From sequence record PZ379074.1: 64,000 bases of DNA; one strand, 5' to 3'. Under the pieces are notes generated by a model that ran no database searches, was not told the origin of the DNA, and saw only the letters and a list, made by a program, of their open reading frames with translations. The stretch is from a phage. Position numbers and translations under genes: made by a program. Positions 18,050 through 26,353 of this stretch are shown in pieces. Position 1 is the first letter of the stretch. Every line of letters begins with the position of its first letter.

Positions 18050-18758
18050 CCCTTCCGTTACTAATAGGCCGCGCTTAGTCGCGGCTTTTCTTCGTCCCTA
18101 TCCCGATGCGCGTCTACGCGAAAACTCCTTTATCCTTCCCTTCGTCGTCGCATAATCTTCTTCGAGATGCTCCTTAGTTCGCATAACAGGTATTACGTTA
18201 AATGGAGAACATCGCGTAAGTCCTTGTTTTATATAGACACCTATATCGGACCGTTAGGGCGGGTCGCGTAAGTCGTTGTTTTATAAAGGCGCAAAACTTT
18301 CCCTTCGTTCCGAACTAAAACGAGGAATATGCCGACCCTTCGTCCGAAAATAGTATGCATGCGAAATTACATGCATCTAGAATAATCCCCACCGATATTA
18401 TCCTACACGCAATCATTCGCTTTCGAATCATTATGCTTCATATTATTATGCATCGAATCATTCTCTTTCGAATTGTAACGCTGGAAACTGTAACGGCGAT
18501 TGATTATTGCGTTCGTGTGGTTTTTAGGGCATGGGTCTTTTGGTGCGTTTTGCTACTTGATGAAATTTGCGGTACACTAATCAAAATACGACACATTTGG
18601 TCCACTAACTTTTCAAAGAAAAAGTCCTAGACAGTACCGTACTATTTTGCACCCACAGGAAATTTGCAGTACACTCCTGCGCGGCAGGCAAAATAAAGGG
18701 CCGCACTAAGCGACCCACTAAGCGACCCACGATTCACGGTTAAAGCAACATCCACCCA
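18050..18758. repeat. About 700 bp without a convincing ORF, rich in short direct repeats
   Basis: CGCGTAAGTCNTTGTTTTATA x2 (18216, 18267); CGAATCATT x3 (18420-18470); TGTAACG x2; ATTTGC(A/G)GTACACT x2 (18563, 18662); ACTAAGCGACCC x2 (18705-18730). Confidence 0.4.
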
Positions 18759-19139
18759 CTATTCACTCTTATGGGCATCACCAAAGCCATCCGCAATCTG
18801 GCTGATCAATGATTCAATGGACACAGTTTTACCAATTGATCGAGCGGTAATAGCAAGCATATTATCAATCAAACCACGATTGACTGCATATGTTCCAGGT
18901 TTTGACTCATCTTCAGAACAACCAAAAAGCTGGTCGCGCAGACTTTCAAGAGAACGCTCAATATTTTCCAACTTCTCTTCTAAATCGGATTGGCGACGTA
19001 AAACCCATGTCAAGTCACGGTTGCCAACTTCCAATCCATCAGAATAGCAAGGTGGAGCGTCAATTTTGATGCTGGAACCAAAAGCAATGCCGCTGCCTTT
19101 AGTATGTGTGTGGCTCATAGAATCATTTTTATTTGACAT
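18759..19139 (-). CDS. Hypothetical protein
   Basis: Start taken at internal ATG 19139 (MSNKND...) with AAAGGTAA upstream; track ORF extends to 19205. Confidence 0.5.
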   Translation of the reverse strand: MSNKNDSMSHTHTKGSGIAFGSSIKIDAPPCYSDGLEVGNRDLTWVLRRQSDLEEKLENIERSLESLRDQLFGCSEDESKPGTYAVNRGLIDNMLAITARSIGKTVSIESLISQIADGFGDAHKSE

Positions 19140-19236
19140 ATCATTACCTTTAATATTTGGGTGATTAATAATAACTATAATAAAGCCGCATGGCGCGCCA
19201 TTCAAATCGGTTTATTAATTGTAACGATTGGATTCA

Positions 19237-19431
19237 TCAATCGATACCAACTGAGCCGATGTGCTGAAAGAATTCTGAATAAACTTCCTTCCAGTACTTG
19301 CGCGCAGCTTTCTGGGCTTGCCCTTTGCGCTTGTAGCTTTTACCTTGGAAAATGAAACGGTCGTTTGCTGCGTTATACTCCACCACACCTTCCAGCCATT
19401 GTAAGAATGCTACTGATTCATTTTTATTCAT
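19237..19431 (-). CDS. Hypothetical basic protein
   Basis: 64-aa ORF, RBS GAGGT. Confidence 0.5.
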   Translation of the reverse strand: MNKNESVAFLQWLEGVVEYNAANDRFIFQGKSYKRKGQAQKAARKYWKEVYSEFFQHIGSVGID

Positions 19432-19438
19432 GTTAACC

Positions 19439-19834
19439 TCAATATTTTAATAAGAAAGTACCCAACCAACTTTCCTCAATCTCGCGGCCAGTAGCCACAC
19501 GGTCGGTCTTGGCTATGGGTCTGGATTCGCCGCAGGGCAATCCGTCTTGTAGTTGTGTACTATTGCCAATTCTCACCAGAACCTTTCCATCAGGGTCGAT
19601 ATAAGCGCGACAACCCATGATTTCGAGTCGTTGTAGACACTGGCGAATCGTTTTCAGCTTCTCACCGGACCGGATAGAGCGCGGTCGCGACCGCTGACCG
19701 TTTTTATTCACTGTACGCTTGAAAACCGGAATATCATTGGTGCGTTGCGGCTTGGGTCGGTAATAAGCCTCTTCGCCAGGAGTTGCACCTGGTGTCAGTT
19801 CGCGCTTAAGCGCCTTTTCAATATCAATGATCAT
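19439..19834 (-). CDS. Hypothetical basic protein
   Basis: Start uncertain (19834 or 19906); Arg/Lys-rich. Confidence 0.4.
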   Translation of the reverse strand: MIIDIEKALKRELTPGATPGEEAYYRPKPQRTNDIPVFKRTVNKNGQRSRPRSIRSGEKLKTIRQCLQRLEIMGCRAYIDPDGKVLVRIGNSTQLQDGLPCGESRPIAKTDRVATGREIEESWLGTFLLKY

Positions 19835-19927
19835 AATTATGCTGCAGCAGCGTGAATGATTGCATAAACAATTCCTAACATGGCGACAACACAAACCGTG
19901 CCCCAAAATGCAAAACGTCGTGATTCT

Positions 19928-20215
19928 TTATCCATTGGACCCTTCTCCACTGTTGATATTATCCGAAATCAAAGTCGGAATTTCATCTTGAGTCCTTACC
20001 TTGTAGTGCGAAGGCATCTTACTTTCCAACAATGCCTGTTCAGCTTCGCCTTTTGTTTCAAACAAAGGAATGCACCAATCAACTGCATTTCCTTGCTCGT
20101 CGCCATTAACAGCTTTCAAGAATACAAGACGCTTGTCTGCAGGGTCGATGCCGCAAATTAAGTATTTAGGCAGCGCCTTTGCTTTTTGGGCCTTATCAAT
20201 ATCTTCAAATTTCAT
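19928..20215 (-). CDS. Hypothetical protein
   Basis: 95-aa ORF, RBS GTGAGGTG. Confidence 0.45.
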   Translation of the reverse strand: MKFEDIDKAQKAKALPKYLICGIDPADKRLVFLKAVNGDEQGNAVDWCIPLFETKGEAEQALLESKMPSHYKVRTQDEIPTLISDNINSGEGSNG

Positions 20216-20296
20216 AAATCACCTCACTTGTTAACGTATAATGAGTATAACTTAATATCGCATAAAGTAAAGGCGCTTTTCAGCGCCTTGAGTGAA

Positions 20297-22660
20297 TTAT
20301 TTCGCTGCTTTTAGCGCGGCTATTTCTGCCTCTAGTGACTCGACCTTTTTCATCAACTCCTGCACCACGTGCATCGTATCCAAAAGCATAGGTGTGGTGT
20401 CAAGTTGCTTTTGCTCAACTTCGACACCTTCACTTGGATAGAATTTAATCGTTTTGACATACAACGGGTCAATAGTCTCTGCCTGTTGAGCAATAATCCC
20501 TCTTCTCACCCTTTCCTTTTCATCATTGTTGTAGATGAAAGTTACATACTCCAGCAATGAAAGGTTGCTCCATGCTTTTTCTACCGTTCCTGGTTGTATG
20601 TCATGCTTCAAATTCTCATCAGAGATGGCATTCTTCTGAAGAGTGAAGAAACTGTCAGAGCCTGGAACGGATACTGAAAAGAATACGTCCTCTACGTTAG
20701 GCTGGATTTGCATCTTTGTTTGATACTTTGCATCATCATCACCAGAAGCAATCCACGTAGCTTGCGCAAAACTTCCATTGTTGTTGTGAATCATGCCATG
20801 GTGAACAGTAGTTGCGTATCCTGTATTAACAGATTGACTACCACTGATAAGGCTGTTGAAGCCATAGTTCTGACCAAGACCCTGACGAACCATCGAGAAG
20901 GTGCCTGACTTTGATCCTGTTTCAGCCCACGACATTAACGTTCCGTACCGTGCCGCAAATCGGTCAGACCATAATAGACCGTCATCAGTCAAGCTGATGT
21001 CTTTTTCTTTACCTGCAGTGACGTTTTTTACTGATAACTGGGTGGAATATGACCCACCCATCGTTGCTGATGTGTAAACCGTTCCTTGCGCTTCGATGGC
21101 AGTTCCAATCTTGTATTCAACGCTTACTTTCCCTGATTCAACTCTCGTTCCGTCTATCGGTCTGGTGGCGTCACCGTTGATAACACTCCAAGACGTTTTC
21201 GCGGCAACAAATCCGCCCGATGCACGAATCACCCAAACGCCGATGAAGTTGCGCGGCAAAATGTTATCCGAAACGCCATATCTGCCATAAGTGCCATTCG
21301 AATAACTTGCCCTAAAGTTCAAGGTGTTTAAACGGCCTGGTGTTGCACCAGTACCGCCTGGTATCGTTTCACCAGCCCCTTGAGGGTATAAGTCATTGTT
21401 TGTGTAAAATGCGCCTCTTACGGCTGTACCGAAAATTTGCGCGTAAGTCCCTTGAGACACGCCTGCCGCAGAACCTGCAATGTCTGGCGCAGCCGCTTCA
21501 TAAATTGTCCCGTCATTGGAAGATGTTCCGCCATCACCTCGCCCAAAAAGCTCCTTGATTGATCCTGTCTGAACACCGTTTCTGTCCGGCACACGGAATG
21601 TAGTTGTGCCATTACCCAAAGAATATTTACCACGCTTTTGGGCGTCAGCAAGCCAGTCAGCATCCGCAATAGGTGATAACATTTGCGCGTATGCCCAAAG
21701 TTCAGGCCAGTCAGCGCGATTCAGCAATTGTCCGTCTGCAACGACTTCATACGGTTGAATATATGCACGACTGTCTCGCAAGTGGAAGTCGCCGACGCCA
21801 TAGTTCATAACACCGTTCATGCTTGGGCCAACGGTGCCTGTGTTCACTAAGTTCTCAACCCAACGCTTGGTTGCAGCATCATAATCGTTTACCGGATCAC
21901 CAGCAAGCGGAGTCGACCCTTGTGGACGAATATTCAACCAAGCTTGAGCATTGTCTGCTGATCCTGTGCCGCCCATGGAAGTTGGGACGATGCTTTGATC
22001 AGCAACAGGGCCAAATCCAAATGCATCTTTCATTCCTTGAATGGTTGTCTGCCCCGTTCCGCCATTTACAATTGGAATCGTGCTTTGCGTACTATACATC
22101 TGCACCCAATCCGACCAGGATGATGAGCCAGCATTGTATAGCCTTTGGTATATGGCGTTGATCCAATAAGGCGTATATCTTTGGACGCAACTTTCTCCTG
22201 CGACGCCAGTCTTGTAGACTTCAAGAATGCCAGCTTGTGAAACTGGATAGTTCAAAGCCGATGATGCGCCAGCATTTGCTGATTGATGATATTGGCCAAA
22301 CCATGAACCAGTCAAAGCATTGAGATTTATTCCGTTAGGAATCTCCCCAAAGTTTCGGACGGTGCCCGTCAAAGTCGCGGCAGTAGTTCGAATGGAAAGC
22401 ATATCGCCAGCCGCCCATGCACGCGCTGCAGTTCCTTCTTGTGCACGCTGCACGGTCAGAACGTTTCCAACCACGGCTGTTACTGTGACGATTTCGAATT
22501 GGAGGCCTGTTGCAGCGTCGACGATTGTCGCCACTACACGCTCGTTTGCGCCCAAGGTCGGAAAGCCCGACCCTGAGCGAATTGTGATGGTGGTGTCTGA
22601 AGTCGTGGTTGGCTGAGCCAGTGCGACCTCAAAGTTGTTTTTGAATATTAGCCTTGGCAT
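20297..22660 (-). CDS. Tail fiber/tailspike protein with C-terminal intramolecular-chaperone-like (peptidase S74-type) domain
   Basis: 787-aa ORF; Gly/Thr/Ser-rich body; C-terminus ...HDIQPG...YVTFIYNNDE...RRGIIAQQ... ending in coiled-coil VESLEAEIAALKAAK. Confidence 0.8.
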   Translation of the reverse strand: MPRLIFKNNFEVALAQPTTTSDTTITIRSGSGFPTLGANERVVATIVDAATGLQFEIVTVTAVVGNVLTVQRAQEGTAARAWAAGDMLSIRTTAATLTGTVRNFGEIPNGINLNALTGSWFGQYHQSANAGASSALNYPVSQAGILEVYKTGVAGESCVQRYTPYWINAIYQRLYNAGSSSWSDWVQMYSTQSTIPIVNGGTGQTTIQGMKDAFGFGPVADQSIVPTSMGGTGSADNAQAWLNIRPQGSTPLAGDPVNDYDAATKRWVENLVNTGTVGPSMNGVMNYGVGDFHLRDSRAYIQPYEVVADGQLLNRADWPELWAYAQMLSPIADADWLADAQKRGKYSLGNGTTTFRVPDRNGVQTGSIKELFGRGDGGTSSNDGTIYEAAAPDIAGSAAGVSQGTYAQIFGTAVRGAFYTNNDLYPQGAGETIPGGTGATPGRLNTLNFRASYSNGTYGRYGVSDNILPRNFIGVWVIRASGGFVAAKTSWSVINGDATRPIDGTRVESGKVSVEYKIGTAIEAQGTVYTSATMGGSYSTQLSVKNVTAGKEKDISLTDDGLLWSDRFAARYGTLMSWAETGSKSGTFSMVRQGLGQNYGFNSLISGSQSVNTGYATTVHHGMIHNNNGSFAQATWIASGDDDAKYQTKMQIQPNVEDVFFSVSVPGSDSFFTLQKNAISDENLKHDIQPGTVEKAWSNLSLLEYVTFIYNNDEKERVRRGIIAQQAETIDPLYVKTIKFYPSEGVEVEQKQLDTTPMLLDTMHVVQELMKKVESLEAEIAALKAAK

Positions 22661-22698
22661 TTTACGGTCCTCGTTTTGTCGACAACCGTATTATAACC

Positions 22699-23040
22699 TT
22701 AATTTCTTTTGAGAGGAATATGACGGTTGCTGTCATTATTTGGTTTAATAATGAGCATAAAAACGATTAGAAAGATGATGGCTGATATACTTAATTCAAT
22801 CAGCGCGGCTTGAGATATGGATTGATCTTCATGATACTGCTTTTGCATTTCTGCTTTCTTCTGAGCGCAAACTTCAGGTGATATATAATCGCCTTTTGAG
22901 TTTCCATAATAAATCTCGCCATTCTCAGAAATAAGTCTGCCGCAAATATCAGTATCGGCCTTTGCGCTTGACATCATAATAACGGTGCCGATGATAGCAG
23001 CGATAGTCCAGATTAACAGTTGTGATAAAGTGTTGTTCAT
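22699..23040 (-). CDS. Small secreted or membrane-anchored protein (signal peptide plus C-terminal TM)
   Basis: Start at 23040 with AAAGAGG RBS; MNNTLSQLLIWTIAAIIGTVIMMSSAKA, C-terminal AIIFLIVFMLII. Confidence 0.5.
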   Translation of the reverse strand: MNNTLSQLLIWTIAAIIGTVIMMSSAKADTDICGRLISENGEIYYGNSKGDYISPEVCAQKKAEMQKQYHEDQSISQAALIELSISAIIFLIVFMLIIKPNNDSNRHIPLKRN

Positions 23041-23236
23041 GATAACCTCTTTAAATTCCCTTCCCATTTCGGGAAGGGCGATAATTATTTTACGCGAAAG
23101 AATAGGCGCGTGCCACACAGCGAGTCCCAACGGCCTTCGCCATCCCATACCGACCCAACGCCAGCGGTGATGACACCAGCAGAATTGGCGGCATTGGCCC
23201 AGGCAAGACGTTTCAACTTCCAACTGCACCAACGAT

Positions 23237-23488
23237 TCACAGTTCGTCTCCAGATTGCAAAATCAGACCTGTATAGAGGATTGCCAGAGCTAAAGGCGCA
23301 CCGCTGCCAGCCTCTCTATTCTCTTTAATTTGAAGCGTGTCCTTAAGGAATTGCAATTGAACGTTAAATTCATTTTCAATCCCAAGCACCACGGCCAATT
23401 CTTTTACAGAATCTGCATATGCCTTATCTAGCACTTCTTTTGGTACTTTTAAAGTTAATTCACTTCCCATTTTCTTTCCACTCCACAA
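23237..23488 (-). CDS. Hypothetical protein
   Basis: 83-aa ORF; start uncertain. Confidence 0.35.
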   Translation of the reverse strand: MWSGKKMGSELTLKVPKEVLDKAYADSVKELAVVLGIENEFNVQLQFLKDTLQIKENREAGSGAPLALAILYTGLILQSGDEL

Positions 23489-23681
23489 ATGTGCTGCCGC
23501 TTGTTTCTCTGTTTAGCAGGTATCTGCCGCGCATTCCATGAAGGCTGAATTCAACCGTCGATGGATTAGATTTTGAAAGCCACATCGCTTGACCGTCGAA
23601 TGGACCGCCTACGCATGTATATTTCGCTTTTGGCTCACTCCTTTTGGGACGTTTTGCCCGCTCTTTGATTGATAGTCTCAT
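23460..23681 (-). CDS. Hypothetical basic protein
   Basis: 73-aa ORF. Confidence 0.35.
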   Translation of the reverse strand: MRLSIKERAKRPKRSEPKAKYTCVGGPFDGQAMWLSKSNPSTVEFSLHGMRGRYLLNRETSGSTFVEWKENGK

Positions 23682-23896
23682 CAGTCTTCACCTTGAGATT
23701 CCAGACAAGTAAGGACAAGCCACGTCATCGGAAGAATCAAAACCAGAGAAATGAGGGACCAGATAGACCAGCACAAGATGACAGACTTGAATGTGTGAAC
23801 GTCGCCAAACGCAGCAGTAAAACAGAATCCCATTACAAATGCAATAGCCGTGGAATGGTTGTCTATGGCTTTGATGGCGCGGTCGATGAGTTTCAT
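23681..23896 (-). CDS. Small two-TM membrane protein (holin-like topology)
   Basis: 71 aa, RBS GGAGGTAAT; TM-like segments AIAFVMGFCFTAAF and VILCWSIWSLISLVLILPMTWLVL. Confidence 0.5.
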   Translation of the reverse strand: MKLIDRAIKAIDNHSTAIAFVMGFCFTAAFGDVHTFKSVILCWSIWSLISLVLILPMTWLVLTCLESQGED

Positions 23897-23978
23897 ATTA
23901 CCTCCGGTTTTGAGTTAATATGATTATAACGCAGACTTTCAGAAAGGCAAACTTTTTGTGAATTTTAATCAAAAAAAT

Positions 23979-23997
23979 GGCCAGAAAAAATCTGGCC
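23979..23997 (-). terminator. Rho-independent terminator-like hairpin (GGCCAG / CTGGCC) with T-run on the minus strand
   Basis: Read directly; A-run 23971-23977 becomes U-tract on the minus strand. Confidence 0.35.
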
Positions 23998-24074
23998 GAA
24001 AAGATCACCCTTTATCCACTACTAAGCTGGAATCATAATTTTACTTGATATAGCTGTCGCAAGCAAACTATAAT

Positions 24075-25535
24075 ATGAATAAAATATTAACACATAATTG
24101 GAAAGTCATGTACCAGTTGAATCCTGCTTTAAGAGAAGTCTGGAAGACGAAGGCGCGATACAAAGTTATATACGGCGGTCGTGCATCTTCCAAATCGCAT
24201 GATGCCGCTGGTTTTGCTATTTATTTGGCGGCAAACTTTAAATTAAAATTCCTTTGCGTTCGACAATTCCAGAACAAGATTTCTGAATCAGTATATACGC
24301 TATTAAAAGACAAAATAGAAATTTCTGATTTCAAAGACGAGTTCAACTTATTAAAGAACTCTATTGAACACAAAAGAACAAAATCTGAATTTTTATTTTA
24401 CGGTATCGCACGCAACGTTGACGAAATCAAATCAACAGAAGGTGTTGATGTTCTTTGGCTTGAAGAAGCGCATGCACTGACTGAAGAGCAATGGGACATT
24501 ATTGAGCCGACAATTCGTAAGGAAGGGTCCGAAATATGGATCATATTTAACCCTGATGAAGAGGCTGATTTCGTCTACCAGAACTTTGTCATGCGACCGC
24601 CGAAAAATGCCATCGTTAAGAAGATTAACTGGCAGGACAATCCATTCTTGTCGCAAACAATGCTGGATGTTATCGCTGGCATGTATGAGCGCGACCCGAA
24701 AAAGGCAGAACACGTTTATGGCGGAGTGCCGAAGACAGGCGGCGATAAGTCGGTCATCAACCGTGCATTCGTCAAAGCCGCGCTAAACCTCCACAAACAC
24801 CCTACGCTGGGATGGAGCTTGTCAGGGTCTAACCGTATAGGCTTCGACGTGGCGGACGACGGCGACGACTTAAACGCCACAGCATTTGTCACAGGCAACG
24901 TATTACGTGGCATCAAGACATGGGAAGGTCTGGAAGATGAATTGCTTAAGTCCGCAAGCGGAGTTTGGAAAGACGCATTGACATTCGGCGCGTCAATTAC
25001 CTATGACGCCATCGGTGTCGGTGCATTTGCTGGTTCAAAATTTGATGAGCTCAATGAGTATGCAATACATGAAAATCCAACATTCCCAAGAATCGAATTT
25101 AATGCGTTCAACGCGCAAGGTGCTGTTGATGATCCTGATGACGTTTTCCTTGAGTTACCACACGTTGAAATACTCAATAAAGACCATTTCGCAAACATAA
25201 AAGCGCAAAAATGGACTGAGATTGCCGAACGATTCAGAAAGACATATGAGTATGCGACAGGGCAAGCCGCATATCCGACCGATGAGTTGATTTCCATCGA
25301 CACAGACGGCATTCCAGAACTTGGGATTCCTGCTTGGTCTGCGGAAGAAATTGAGACGTTTCTTTTTGAGATGTCAGCGCCGCGCAAAGACACGTCTGTT
25401 CTTGGTAAGTTCAAAGTTGAATCGAAAAAGGATATGGCAAAGCGTGGAGTTAAATCGCCTAACAAAGCGGACGCCGCAATCATGGCATTGATGAAACCAA
25501 TTGTTGCAGCATCCGGCTTCTTCTCTAACCTTTAA
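24075..25535 (+). CDS. terL: Terminase large subunit
   Basis: 486-aa ORF; Walker A-like GGRASSKS near N-terminus, acidic nuclease-type C-terminal half; first in the morphogenesis module. Confidence 0.8.
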   Translation: MNKILTHNWKVMYQLNPALREVWKTKARYKVIYGGRASSKSHDAAGFAIYLAANFKLKFLCVRQFQNKISESVYTLLKDKIEISDFKDEFNLLKNSIEHKRTKSEFLFYGIARNVDEIKSTEGVDVLWLEEAHALTEEQWDIIEPTIRKEGSEIWIIFNPDEEADFVYQNFVMRPPKNAIVKKINWQDNPFLSQTMLDVIAGMYERDPKKAEHVYGGVPKTGGDKSVINRAFVKAALNLHKHPTLGWSLSGSNRIGFDVADDGDDLNATAFVTGNVLRGIKTWEGLEDELLKSASGVWKDALTFGASITYDAIGVGAFAGSKFDELNEYAIHENPTFPRIEFNAFNAQGAVDDPDDVFLELPHVEILNKDHFANIKAQKWTEIAERFRKTYEYATGQAAYPTDELISIDTDGIPELGIPAWSAEEIETFLFEMSAPRKDTSVLGKFKVESKKDMAKRGVKSPNKADAAIMALMKPIVAASGFFSNL

Positions 25536-25538
25536 CAA

Positions 25539-25778
25539 CTAAAGCATTCCGTGCTGAAGGTCGAGTTTTCTTGCGGCAAACGACCTGGCACGGAATCGCT
25601 TACCCGCCCTTACTGCCTGTCGAATCTTCTTTTGCAAACACTTACGATCAAAATCGTTGCGGTCGACGGCTTCGAGTAAATCACGACGCAGTGCACCCAG
25701 TGTCGACTTTTCGGAGACTTCAACACCCAGCGCGGCTGCAACATCTTTCAAAACATCGAGTTCGGTTAAAGTTCTCAT
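25539..25778 (-). CDS. Hypothetical basic protein (moron-like, opposite strand between terminase and portal)
   Basis: 79-aa ORF, RBS AAGGGA; 4-nt overlap with upstream gene. Confidence 0.5.
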   Translation of the reverse strand: MRTLTELDVLKDVAAALGVEVSEKSTLGALRRDLLEAVDRNDFDRKCLQKKIRQAVRAGKRFRARSFAARKLDLQHGML

Positions 25779-26191
25779 TTGATAATCCCTTTGATGTCTG
25801 ATTCTGCCATAAATATTGGAGTGCCGCCGCCAGGAACAATCGAGCGAGTAACTTTGTCAAACATATCGTTTTCTTCAACTTGAATACGATAAAATTTATT
25901 TTTGGATGAAGATGGGCACAATCCCATAAATTTGCCGATTCCGCGAACGCATTCATCTTCAAAGTATACTGTTTCACCTTGAATGGAGTCGATATTGTCT
26001 ACTGGATAGACTTTGCGACCCAACAACCACTCATCCAAAGTCGCCTGCAAGACATTTCGCGCATCTAAAATCCACGGGTCAATAGTCGCACCTTCGTATC
26101 GCGCAGCAGTGGCCTTTGCCAGTTCTTCATATTCGCATACGTTAACGACTTCGCCGTTGTGTAGGACGACAAATACAATTGTTGTGCTCAT
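25775..26191 (-). CDS. Hypothetical protein (moron-like)
   Basis: 138-aa ORF, strong RBS AAAGGAG. Confidence 0.55.
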   Translation of the reverse strand: MSTTIVFVVLHNGEVVNVCEYEELAKATAARYEGATIDPWILDARNVLQATLDEWLLGRKVYPVDNIDSIQGETVYFEDECVRGIGKFMGLCPSSSKNKFYRIQVEENDMFDKVTRSIVPGGGTPIFMAESDIKGIIK

Positions 26192-26353
26192 TTCAATCTC
26201 CTTTCGTTTGGTTAACTAAAATATAACTCAAAATGATACAAAAGCAAAATATTTTATGAACTATTTATGATCACCATACATATCATTTGCTTACAAACAC
26301 ATGAATATTTATAATATAGATTGATTCCCTTTCACTGTCAGGTGGCGTTAACA

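Noticed and set aside
18419-18470. tRNA candidate suggested by TTCGAATC T-loop-like strings
   Set aside because: No acceptor stem, anticodon arm or CCA context could be built; strings are part of a direct repeat.
18355-18630. Plus-strand ORF 18355..18630 (91 aa)
   Set aside because: Ile/His/Arg-rich translation of short tandem repeats; no RBS.
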